DNA of 44,360 nt, from NCBI GenBank assembly GCA_964605575.1, contig CAZSDG010000002.1, forward strand, positions 1 through 44,360, read 5' to 3'. Below are positions 37,068 to 44,360 of this stretch, one piece after another; the stretch's first letter is position 1; the number at the start of each line of letters is the position of its first letter. This DNA comes from an uncultured Muribaculaceae bacterium (GTDB taxonomy: Bacteria > Bacillota_I > Bacilli_A > RF39 > UBA660). The position numbers and the translations under genes were made by a program. The notes below the pieces were generated by a model. That model worked only from the letters and a program-made list of their open reading frames with translations. It did not search any database and had not been told where the DNA came from.

Positions 37068-37271
37068 ATGAAAGCAAATATTCATCCAGAACAAAAAGAA
37101 TGTAAAGTTGTTTGTGCATGTGGAAATGAATTTACTACTATGTCAAATAAAGACTCAATGCATATTGAAGTATGTAGTGAATGTCACCCTTTTTACACAG
37201 GAACTCAAGGAAAAACCAAGAAAACTGGAAAAGTTGAAAAATTTAACAAAAAGTATAATCTTGATAAATAA
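37068..37271 (+). CDS. rpmE: 50S ribosomal protein L31 (zinc-binding type A)
   Basis: [11 protein letters not shown]... with CxCG...[10 protein letters not shown]. Start at ATG 37068 behind GGAAGGAG; the track ORF is 7 codons longer. Confidence 0.93.
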   Translation: MKANIHPEQKECKVVCACGNEFTTMSNKDSMHIEVCSECHPFYTGTQGKTKKTGKVEKFNKKYNLDK

Positions 37272-37272
37272 G

Positions 37273-37297
37273 ACTGCAAGTAATTGCAGTTTTTTTA
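37273..37297 (+). terminator. Rho-independent terminator after rpmE
   Basis: ACTGCAA-GTAA-TTGCAGT followed by T7. Confidence 0.8.
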
Positions 37298-37327
37298 TAA
37301 GTAACATATAATTAGATTGGTGATAAA

Positions 37328-37771
37328 ATGAAAATAGGAATATCAAGTGACCATAGAGGTTATGAAAAAAAACAAAAAATATTGGAGTTATTAAGTAAAA
37401 AGTATGAAATCATTGATTATGGAAATGATATTTTTGATCCAGAAGATGATTACCCAGATTATGCAATAAAAGTTAGCGAGGCTGTTGCAAGTGGCAAGCT
37501 AAACTATGGTATAACAATGTGTGGCAGTGGTATTGGAGTTTCAATAGCTGCGAATAAAGTAAAAGGTATCAGGTGTGCTAAAGTTGATAATGTTGAAGAT
37601 GCAAAATTATCCAAAAAAGATAATAACGCTAATGTAATTGCTTTGAATTCAAATAAAACAGTTGATGAATTAATATCTATAATCGAAGCTTATATCACTA
37701 CTCCATATAATGAAATACCTCGTTATCAAAGAAGAATAAACAAAATTTCAAATTACGAGGAAAACAAATGA
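37328..37771 (+). CDS. rpiB: Ribose-5-phosphate isomerase B
   Basis: MKIGISSDHRGYEKK..., GITMCGSGIGVSIAANK (RpiB/LacAB family). Confidence 0.9.
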   Translation: MKIGISSDHRGYEKKQKILELLSKKYEIIDYGNDIFDPEDDYPDYAIKVSEAVASGKLNYGITMCGSGIGVSIAANKVKGIRCAKVDNVEDAKLSKKDNNANVIALNSNKTVDELISIIEAYITTPYNEIPRYQRRINKISNYEENK

Positions 37772-37974
37772 TAAAAGTAATAATCTATACAGCAAGTATA
37801 TTAATTAGTACATTTGCAATGACGGGGATTAATTTTGATTTAATAATAAAGAAAAAGCATATTTGGGAAGCTAGAATATTAGCAATACTTTTAGCTGTTT
37901 CTTTAGGATATTTGACGGGGTCATTTATAATTGACTTTTTAGAAGCCAGTCAAATCATTAAATATTGTTTATAA
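37768..37974 (+). CDS. Small two-TM membrane protein (DUF1146/YwzB-like)
   Basis: 68 aa with two hydrophobic helices. ATGA overlap with rpiB. The family assignment is from memory of YwzB-like proteins only. Confidence 0.45.
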   Translation: MIKVIIYTASILISTFAMTGINFDLIIKKKHIWEARILAILLAVSLGYLTGSFIIDFLEASQIIKYCL

Positions 37975-38023
37975 CATTTAATCATGCTATGATAACTATA
38001 AGTTAACGTAGCGAGGTGAATAA

Positions 38024-38725
38024 ATGGTTGAATTTATATTAATTGAAGATGATTTATTGATTCATAATACAGTTGAAAAAATCATTGTCAATTTATTATT
38101 TTCAAAAAGCATCGAATTTAATATTCAAACCTTTATTAATTATAATTCTGAACTTCAAAAAGTAATTGAAAGTAGCAGTATGAAAAAAATATATATTATT
38201 GATATACAATTAGCTGGTAAAATTTCCGGAATTTCAATTGCCGAAAAAATTAGAGAAAAAGACTGGGATAGTGAAATAATATTTATTACAAATCATTCTA
38301 AAATGTTTGAAAAAGTTTTTAATAATATATTAAATGTTTTTTCATTCATCGAAAAATTTCACAATTTTGAAGAAAGACTAACAGCCGATATTAAAAGAAT
38401 AATTTCCCATAAAATTGATAATGAAACTTTTAATTTTTCAAAAGGAAAAATAGATTTAAGAATACGTTTTAAAGAAATTATATATATTTTTCGTGAAACA
38501 AGCACCAGAAAAATTCATATAATTACTACAAATAATGAATTTATTATTTCGATGAATATTAAAGACATAATGTTAAAACTTGACGGTAGATTTGCTCAAG
38601 TTCACCGCGCTTGTATTGTTAACAAAGATCGTATAGTAAAATATGATTGGAGAAATAAATATTTTGAAACAGATAATAAAAAAATAGTATACTTGCTGTC
38701 ATCAAAATACAAAAAATCAATATGA
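38024..38725 (+). CDS. agrA: LytTR-family response regulator (AgrA-like)
   Basis: Receiver domain (ILIEDD, YIIDIQL phospho-Asp context, IIFITNHS, FIEK) and a C-terminal LytTR domain (IIYIFRE..., FAQVHRACIVNKDRI). Similar in outline to S. aureus AgrA (YFLDIQL, IIFVTSHS). Confidence 0.85.
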   Translation: MVEFILIEDDLLIHNTVEKIIVNLLFSKSIEFNIQTFINYNSELQKVIESSSMKKIYIIDIQLAGKISGISIAEKIREKDWDSEIIFITNHSKMFEKVFNNILNVFSFIEKFHNFEERLTADIKRIISHKIDNETFNFSKGKIDLRIRFKEIIYIFRETSTRKIHIITTNNEFIISMNIKDIMLKLDGRFAQVHRACIVNKDRIVKYDWRNKYFETDNKKIVYLLSSKYKKSI

Positions 38726-39987
38726 ACTTTAATAGTTTTATCCTATTTTTTACAGTTATTTCATTATCAAGCCTTGTAAATATTTTTTGTATTAAAAAAA
38801 TATCTTCAAAACGAGTAGAATTCAACATAATTAATACTGTAATATTTATTGTAGCAACAATAATAGTTATGTTTAATAATTTACAAAACAATATTCTTTT
38901 ACTTTTACCAATTAATTTTGTAGTAATGCTAATATTAAATCGGTTTATATTCAAAATAGATAAAAATATTATATTTAAATATTTAACTGTATATTTTATT
39001 ATTGGGATAACAATCGATATTATGTTGTCAATATTATTAATAATATTTGGTTTTAACAATATTATAGAATTTAATAATGATAATCTATTTAAGTCCCTTT
39101 ACACCTTAATTCATTCGATATTTGTAATACTATTATTTTATAATAAAAAGACGTATTCAATTATCGATAGCATTGTTGTAAGCATTGAAAAAATTGAAAA
39201 TCAATTTGTTATAATTACTATTTTTGTTTTTATATCTAGTTTACTGATGAAATTTAATGTATCAGAAAAAATTATGATTAAAAAGTATCTATCAATAATA
39301 CTTATATTTACATTTTTATTAATGCTGATTATTAAATTATATAAAAGTATCTATAAAAATAGTTTACTAATTAATAATTTAATAAAGGCGGAAAAAATAA
39401 ATAATGAATATCGCTTAATGAAACACAATATTTTAAACGACTTAATTCATATTAAAACAAGTAAGACAGATGAAATTGTTCAAGAAACAATAAATAAATA
39501 CCTGGAAGAAAAAAACAATAATATAAATCTTGGGATTATTAAAGATGGAATTAACGGAATTATTTACTACAAAATGCCGGAAATTATTGATAATAAAATA
39601 AGTATATATATTAATAATGAACTAGAAGAAAATATAGAAAACCTTATTCCTGCAAGACAATATAAATCTTTTTGTGATATATTTTCTATTCTAATTGATA
39701 ATGCACAAGATGCAGCTTGTTGTAGTGAAAAAAAGAATATATACATAAATATATATAAAAATAATGAAGTATTAAATTTAATGGTTGCAAACTCATTTAA
39801 TAATAAAATTGATTTAGATCAGTTAGAAAATATTAACTATTCTACTAAACTCATTCCCAGTGGATTAGGTCTATTTTATATTAACAAAATAAATGATAAT
39901 AAGTTTAAAATAAATCGAATAATAAAAGAAGATGTATTTATTACTAAGGTATTGTGGAAAATAAATAATGACATTAAAAAAATATAG
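38722..39987 (+). CDS. agrC: AgrC-like (HPK10) membrane sensor histidine kinase
   Basis: About 200-aa polytopic N-terminus, H-box RLMKHNILNDL, N-box ILIDNAQDAA, G-box PSGLGLFYINK. ATGA overlap with the regulator gene. Confidence 0.8.
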   Translation: MNFNSFILFFTVISLSSLVNIFCIKKISSKRVEFNIINTVIFIVATIIVMFNNLQNNILLLLPINFVVMLILNRFIFKIDKNIIFKYLTVYFIIGITIDIMLSILLIIFGFNNIIEFNNDNLFKSLYTLIHSIFVILLFYNKKTYSIIDSIVVSIEKIENQFVIITIFVFISSLLMKFNVSEKIMIKKYLSIILIFTFLLMLIIKLYKSIYKNSLLINNLIKAEKINNEYRLMKHNILNDLIHIKTSKTDEIVQETINKYLEEKNNNINLGIIKDGINGIIYYKMPEIIDNKISIYINNELEENIENLIPARQYKSFCDIFSILIDNAQDAACCSEKKNIYINIYKNNEVLNLMVANSFNNKIDLDQLENINYSTKLIPSGLGLFYINKINDNKFKINRIIKEDVFITKVLWKINNDIKKI

Positions 39988-40020
39988 ACAGTTTGCTTTC
40001 TAACTGTCTACATTTATTTT
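39985..40020. terminator. Bidirectional terminator between convergent agrC and agrD
   Basis: TAGACAGTT (39985..39993), 8-nt loop, AACTGTCTA (40002..40010). A T-rich tract follows on the plus strand. Confidence 0.6.
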
Positions 40021-40047
40021 ATTACTTCAATTAATCTGTTTTTTTCT

Positions 40048-40164
40048 TTATAACAGAGACTTTGGACATTCTAGTTCATCTAAAATAAACCAAAAACAAG
40101 CTGTTCCATTGTTTACTGCAACTGTACTTAGAACAATTAATGTTGAAGCTAATAATTTTTTCAT
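40048..40164 (-). CDS. agrD: AgrD-like autoinducing peptide precursor (38 aa)
   Basis: Not in the ORF track (under 60 aa). Hand translation: MKKLLASTLIVLSTVAVNNGTACFWFILDELECPKSLL. RBS AAAGGAGGAAAAC lies inside the agrB 3' end, and there is an ATGA overlap with the agrB stop. The Cys+4 ring followed by an acidic DELExPK tail parallels S. aureus AgrD (CDFIM-DEVEVPKEL). Confidence 0.85.
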   Translation of the reverse strand: MKKLLASTLIVLSTVAVNNGTACFWFILDELECPKSLL

Positions 40165-40697
40165 GTTTTCCTCCTTTCTTTAATATCAAAATTGAGATAA
40201 TTACGATAAGGTTGTCCAAATATTTTATAAGTAAATGGAGAAATCAAGAACAATTGAAAAGTAGCTGCCCAGAGCATGCTTGTTGAAACATTTTTTGGTA
40301 CAAAATTCAATAAAATGATGTATATAAATAATATAAACAATGTTAAAAATTTACTAAAAATTCTTTTTTTCTTATTAAGCATTGATTTTTTCACGGTGTC
40401 GGCAGGTGCCCAAATAGTATAAAAAGGTAGATAAATTATCAATAATATTAAAAATATATTTGTTGGTAAATCTATTTTAGTTATTAGAAAAGGAATAATA
40501 AGAAATGCTATTAGAGAAAAAAACCAACAATCCCTACTTTTAGACAAATGTATTCCAAAAGAAAAAGTCCGCAATGGGAAATAGCACAACATGAAAATAA
40601 TTGTATTATTAAAGTTATTTAGAAAAAAACTCAACAATAATATTACTAACAGTTTTGTCGTAGTCATAAGTATACCTTTTAACCCATAAATAAACAT
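40161..40697 (-). CDS. agrB: AgrB-like AgrD-processing membrane endopeptidase
   Basis: 178 aa, polytopic. The catalytic His/Cys pair has the S. aureus spacing (FGIHLSKSRDCWF; H50, C57). agrD lies immediately downstream. The start could also be M11 (40667). Confidence 0.8.
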   Translation of the reverse strand: MFIYGLKGILMTTTKLLVILLLSFFLNNFNNTIIFMLCYFPLRTFSFGIHLSKSRDCWFFSLIAFLIIPFLITKIDLPTNIFLILLIIYLPFYTIWAPADTVKKSMLNKKKRIFSKFLTLFILFIYIILLNFVPKNVSTSMLWAATFQLFLISPFTYKIFGQPYRNYLNFDIKERRKT

Positions 40698-40709
40698 TTC
40701 TTTTTCTTC

Positions 40710-40739
40710 TGTTTACAAAGAAATGTTTTTGTTTACAAA
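40710..40739. repeat. Direct repeat TGTTTACAAA x2, 20-bp period, upstream of agrB (candidate LytTR operator)
   Basis: Copies at 40710..40719 and 40730..40739, 13 bp upstream of the first agrB ATG. Confidence 0.35.
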
Positions 40740-40970
40740 ATTATTTATTTTATTAATAATTACTTCCAATACTCTCACCAGTCAAAGCATAGAGTAAAAA
40801 AAGAAGATTATTTAGTTTTAAGATTATAATGGTAATAACTTTGTTTAAAGTAAATAAATTTATATATTTAATATTATTTAGTCATTTTCAGACAAAAAAA
40901 CGACTATAATAGACGTAATTTTAAAAAAATAAATATAATTAAGGAAAATTTAACTAAGATAAGAGGTGAT

Positions 40971-41174
40971 ATGATGTTTGGAATTGTAAGGTGGTTTGAT
41001 CTTGAAAAGGGTTATGGATTTGTTGTTTATAAAGACTTAGAAAATATATTTATTCATTATTCAGATGTTCTTAACTCTCAGTATAAAACACTAATTGAAG
41101 GTCAAAAAGTTTCATTTAAATTAGTTGAGACTTCAAGAGGATTAAGAGCCAAAGAAGTATATATTGTTGATTAA
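40971..41174 (+). CDS. Cold-shock domain protein
   Basis: 67 aa. RNP1-like KGYGFV and RNP2-like IFIHYS. RBS AAGAGGTGA. Confidence 0.8.
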   Translation: MMFGIVRWFDLEKGYGFVVYKDLENIFIHYSDVLNSQYKTLIEGQKVSFKLVETSRGLRAKEVYIVD

Positions 41175-41227
41175 ATAACTAGAAATTGTCTTAAAATAAT
41201 GCTATTATTAATTTAGGAGGAGCGCTT

Positions 41228-41767
41228 ATGAAAATAAATATAAGAGGTCAAAAACTTGAAATTACTGAACCGATAAAAAAACACATTGAAAGCAAATTAA
41301 CTAGATTGGAAAAATATTTTAATAAACCTGAAGAAGTAAATGTTCATGTTTTGGCAAAAATTAAAGGAATTAATCAAACTATTGAAGTAACAATTCCAAT
41401 AAATAAAGTAACATTAAGAGCTGAAGAAAGTCATTCAGATTTATATGCGGCAGTCGATTTAGTCATTGATAAGTTAGATGCCCAAATTAGAAAAAATAAA
41501 GATAAACTAAAGAAAAAAAGATCTGGAGAAACAAATGAATTTAGTTTTGTTGAAAGTTTTCCATCAGAATCAACTGAACCAGAAGAAGACAATAAAATAG
41601 TTAAAAGAAAACTTATTGAACTAAAACCAATGGATGATGAGGAAGCAATTTTACAGATGGAAATGTTAAATCATGACTTTTTCTTATTTAAAAACATTGA
41701 TAAAGACTGTTTCTCAGTTATTTATCGAAGAAAAGATGGAAATTACGGCATTATCGATACTGAATAA
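41228..41767 (+). CDS. hpf: Ribosome hibernation promoting factor (long form)
   Basis: MKINIRGQKLEITEPIKKHIESKLTRLEKYF... plus the C-terminal dimerisation domain. Canonical hpf-secA synteny. Confidence 0.92.
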   Translation: MKINIRGQKLEITEPIKKHIESKLTRLEKYFNKPEEVNVHVLAKIKGINQTIEVTIPINKVTLRAEESHSDLYAAVDLVIDKLDAQIRKNKDKLKKKRSGETNEFSFVESFPSESTEPEEDNKIVKRKLIELKPMDDEEAILQMEMLNHDFFLFKNIDKDCFSVIYRRKDGNYGIIDTE

Positions 41768-41793
41768 ACTATAGTAAAAACTATAGTTTTTTT
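41766..41793 (+). terminator. Rho-independent terminator after hpf
   Basis: AAACTATAG-TAAAAA-CTATAGTTT followed by a T-run. Confidence 0.75.
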
Positions 41794-41864
41794 ATATAAA
41801 AAAACGATATATATGTGTAAAAATTGTCAATATATGATAAGATATTTCTTGTGGAGATGATAAA

Positions 41865-44360
41865 ATGAGTTTCATAAAAAGATTATTAGATTCAGAATAT
41901 AAAGAATTAACAAAATTTGAAAAAATAGCCAATAAGATTGTTGAGCTAGAAGAAGAGTATAAAAATTTATCTGATGATGATTTAAAGAAGAAAACCGAAG
42001 AATTTAAGGAACGATTAGCCAATGGTGAAACCTTAGATGATATTTTAGTGCCTGCATTTGCAACTGTTCGTGAGGTTGCTGATCGAGTACTAGGCGAAAG
42101 AGCATTCTATTGCCAATTATTAGGGGCAATTGCTATTCACAATGGAAATATTGCTGAGATTAAAACTGGTGAAGGAAAAACATTAGTCACTACCTTCCCT
42201 GCTTATTTAAACTCCCTAGATGGAAAAGGTGTTCACGTAATAACGGTTAATGAATACTTAACCCAAAGAAATGCCGAATGGATGGGCGGAATTTATGAAT
42301 TTCTTGGTGTCAGTGTTGGAATTAATTTAAGAGAATTAAGCCCAAAAGAAAAAAAAGAAGTTTATAACTCTGATATCACTTATTCAACAAATAATGAAGT
42401 TGGCTTTGATTATTTAAGAGATAACATGGTTGTTCGTAAAGAAGATAGAACTCAACGACCACTTAATTTTTGTATTATCGATGAAGTTGACTCAGTATTA
42501 ATTGATGAAGCAAGAACTCCATTAATTATTTCTGGTGGTAAATTTGATTCAGCAAACCTTTATGTTGATGCCAATCGTGCTGTTCAAAGATTTAGTGAAG
42601 ATAAAGAATATACTCTTGATGCAAAAACAAAAAGCGTTTCCTTAACTGAAGAAGGAAGCAAAAGAATTGAAAAATCAATTGGAATAGATAATCTATATGA
42701 TATTAAAAATTCAGTATTAGTTCATCATATTAGTCAAGCTTTAAAGGCTAATTATGGAATGAAACGAGATGTAGATTATGTTGTCAATGAAGAAAATCAA
42801 GTAATTATTGTTGATCAATTTACTGGTAGATTAATGCCAGGAAGACAATTTAGTGAAGGTTTGCACCAAGCAATTGAAGCTAAAGAAGGTGTTGAAATAA
42901 ATGAAGAAACCCAAACAATGGCGACAATTACCTTCCAAAACTTATTTAGAATGTATAGCAAATTATCGGGAATGACTGGTACTGCCAAAACTGAGGAAGA
43001 AGAATTTAGAAATATTTATAATATGTTTGTAATTCGTATTCCTACTAATAAACCAATCGCTAGAGATGATCTTGCTGATCTTGTCTACTCTACTGAAAAT
43101 GGTAAGTATACGGCCATTATTCGTTCAATAAAAGAAGTTCATGAAAAAGGCCAACCGATTCTCGTTGGTACTATTTCCGTTGAATCAAACGAAAGATTAA
43201 GTGAGTTATTAACAAAACATAAATTACCACACGAAGTATTAAATGCTAAAAATCATGCTCGTGAAGCGGAAATTATTGCTAAAGCTGGTCATAAAGGCGC
43301 GATTACAATCGCAACAAATATGGCAGGTCGTGGAACCGATATTAAAATCAATGATGAGGTAAGAGAATTAGGTGGATTATTTGTTTTTGGTACTGAAAGA
43401 CACGAATCAAGAAGAATTGATAATCAATTAAGAGGTCGATCAGGAAGACAAGGAGATCCAGGTTCAAGTCAATTTTTCGTTTCATTCGAAGATGATTTAA
43501 TGCGTAGATTTGGTACAGAAAAAATAAAAGGTATGTTAGTAAATCTTGGTGTTGCTGAAGATGAGGCTATTAGGTCGAATATGTTTACTAAAACGATTGA
43601 AAGTGCCCAAAAGAAAGTAGAAGGAAATAACTTTGATTATCGTAAAAGTGTTCTAGAATATGACGATGTTATGAGTGAACAAAGACAAATCATCTATGCT
43701 AGAAGAAATGAAATTCTTGATGAAGAATCAATTCATGAAAGAATCATTGAAAATATTAAAAATAGTATTGATAAATTAGTAGAAGATCATATTGAACCTG
43801 AAGGTTATTTAACTAAAGAAGACTTAAAAGAGATAACAGAGTTTATAAATACAAACTATACAAGAAATAATTCATTTAAAATTAAAATTATTGAAGAAAA
43901 GACAGTAGATGAAGTCAAAGACATTATTTATGATTTCATCATTAAAGAATATGAAGAAAAAATATCTGTCTTACCAGAAGAGGGAAAATCTGAGTTTGAA
44001 AAAGCAATTTCTTTAAGAGTAATTGATAACGCTTGGGTAGAACACTTAAATGTAATGGAACATCTAAGAGAAGGAATTGGTTTAAGAGGTTATGCTCAAA
44101 GTAGTCCTATTCAAGCCTATGCTTTAGAAGGTTTTGAAATCTTTGAAGATATGTTAGATAGTATTGATACAACTATAACGACTTTTCTTTTAAAAGCTCA
44201 AATAAGTCAAAGAGTTGAAAGAGAACAAACATTAAAAGGTTCTGCTAATGATGGTAAAGAAAAAGTCAAACAAAAACCTAAAAAAACTACTAAAGTTGGT
44301 AGAAATGATCCGTGTCCGTGCGGCTCTGGTAAAAAATATAAACAATGTTGTGGAAAATAA
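41865..44360 (+). CDS. secA: Preprotein translocase ATPase SecA
   Basis: 831 aa. Walker A KTGEGKTL, DEVDSVLIDEARTPLIISG, TNMAGRGTDI, and a C-terminal zinc motif CPCGSGKKYKQCCG. Confidence 0.97.
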   Translation: MSFIKRLLDSEYKELTKFEKIANKIVELEEEYKNLSDDDLKKKTEEFKERLANGETLDDILVPAFATVREVADRVLGERAFYCQLLGAIAIHNGNIAEIKTGEGKTLVTTFPAYLNSLDGKGVHVITVNEYLTQRNAEWMGGIYEFLGVSVGINLRELSPKEKKEVYNSDITYSTNNEVGFDYLRDNMVVRKEDRTQRPLNFCIIDEVDSVLIDEARTPLIISGGKFDSANLYVDANRAVQRFSEDKEYTLDAKTKSVSLTEEGSKRIEKSIGIDNLYDIKNSVLVHHISQALKANYGMKRDVDYVVNEENQVIIVDQFTGRLMPGRQFSEGLHQAIEAKEGVEINEETQTMATITFQNLFRMYSKLSGMTGTAKTEEEEFRNIYNMFVIRIPTNKPIARDDLADLVYSTENGKYTAIIRSIKEVHEKGQPILVGTISVESNERLSELLTKHKLPHEVLNAKNHAREAEIIAKAGHKGAITIATNMAGRGTDIKINDEVRELGGLFVFGTERHESRRIDNQLRGRSGRQGDPGSSQFFVSFEDDLMRRFGTEKIKGMLVNLGVAEDEAIRSNMFTKTIESAQKKVEGNNFDYRKSVLEYDDVMSEQRQIIYARRNEILDEESIHERIIENIKNSIDKLVEDHIEPEGYLTKEDLKEITEFINTNYTRNNSFKIKIIEEKTVDEVKDIIYDFIIKEYEEKISVLPEEGKSEFEKAISLRVIDNAWVEHLNVMEHLREGIGLRGYAQSSPIQAYALEGFEIFEDMLDSIDTTITTFLLKAQISQRVEREQTLKGSANDGKEKVKQKPKKTTKVGRNDPCPCGSGKKYKQCCGK

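Noticed and set aside
40723-40908. Two small hydrophobic ORFs in the agrB-csp gap (MFLFTKLFILLIITSNTLTSQSIE from 40723 and MVITLFKVNKFIYLILFSHFQTKKRL from about 40829), considered as possible PSM/delta-toxin-like peptides.
   Set aside because: Neither has a Shine-Dalgarno sequence. The first starts inside the direct repeats, the composition is what random AT-rich DNA yields, and there is no amphipathic PSM-like pattern.
1-44360. Mycoplasma/Spiroplasma genetic code (TGA = Trp), suggested by the very low GC content.
   Set aside because: TGA terminates nrdD, mfd, rnpA, yidC, mnmG, rpiB, the agrA-like gene and agrB at positions where the homologous proteins end, several of them as ATGA overlaps with the next gene. 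The long conserved genes are uninterrupted under table 11.
1-44360. CRISPR arrays, IS elements/transposases, integrases, prophage or defence-system genes, rRNA and tRNA genes.
   Set aside because: None found. Every long ORF has a housekeeping or agr/comK assignment. All intergenic regions longer than 90 bp were read on both strands, and the only structured RNA found was the SRP RNA.

Overview
A 44.4 kb, very AT-rich window that spans the chromosomal replication origin of a low-GC, walled Bacillota-type bacterium. murA, divIC, spoVG and a 3D-domain protein are present. TGA is used as a stop codon, including in several ATGA start/stop overlaps, so this is translation table 11 and not the Mycoplasma code.

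Gene order is a compacted version of the Bacillus subtilis ori region. Left of about 23.4 kb everything is on the minus strand: nrdG, nrdD, divIC, spoVG, ksgA, 3D-domain protein, tatD, mfd, pth, yaaT/ricT, holB, recR, ybaB, dnaX, tadA, SRP RNA, gyrA, gyrB, recF, comK, dnaN, dnaA. Right of it almost everything is on the plus strand: rnpA, yidC, jag, mnmE, mnmG, rsmG, noc-like parB, argS, rpoE, prfA, prmC, fba, murA, rpmE, rpiB, an agr-type locus, csp, hpf, secA.

I saw no rRNA, tRNA, CRISPR array or mobile element.

Observations most worth following up:
1. A 108-bp nested array of two perfect parS sites bracketing two perfect Noc-binding sites, between gyrA and the SRP RNA gene.
2. A single Noc-type ParB paralogue at the syntenic noc position. 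It has no soj/spo0J beside it, no N-terminal membrane helix, and a long acidic insertion.
3. An agr-type quorum-sensing locus in a convergent layout (agrA/agrC plus strand, agrB/agrD minus strand). Its 38-aa AgrD precursor is absent from the ORF track; the predicted thiolactone ring is CFWFI.
4. comK occupies the dnaN-recF slot, and three 10-bp-phased repeats sit over its promoter.
5. rpmH is missing from the dnaA-rnpA spacer, and that spacer has only degenerate DnaA boxes.
6. dnaX has a tandem MLTK repeat linker containing two A8 slippery tracts, each followed by a -1 frame stop.

All functional calls come from reading the translations and motifs by eye. No database search was possible.
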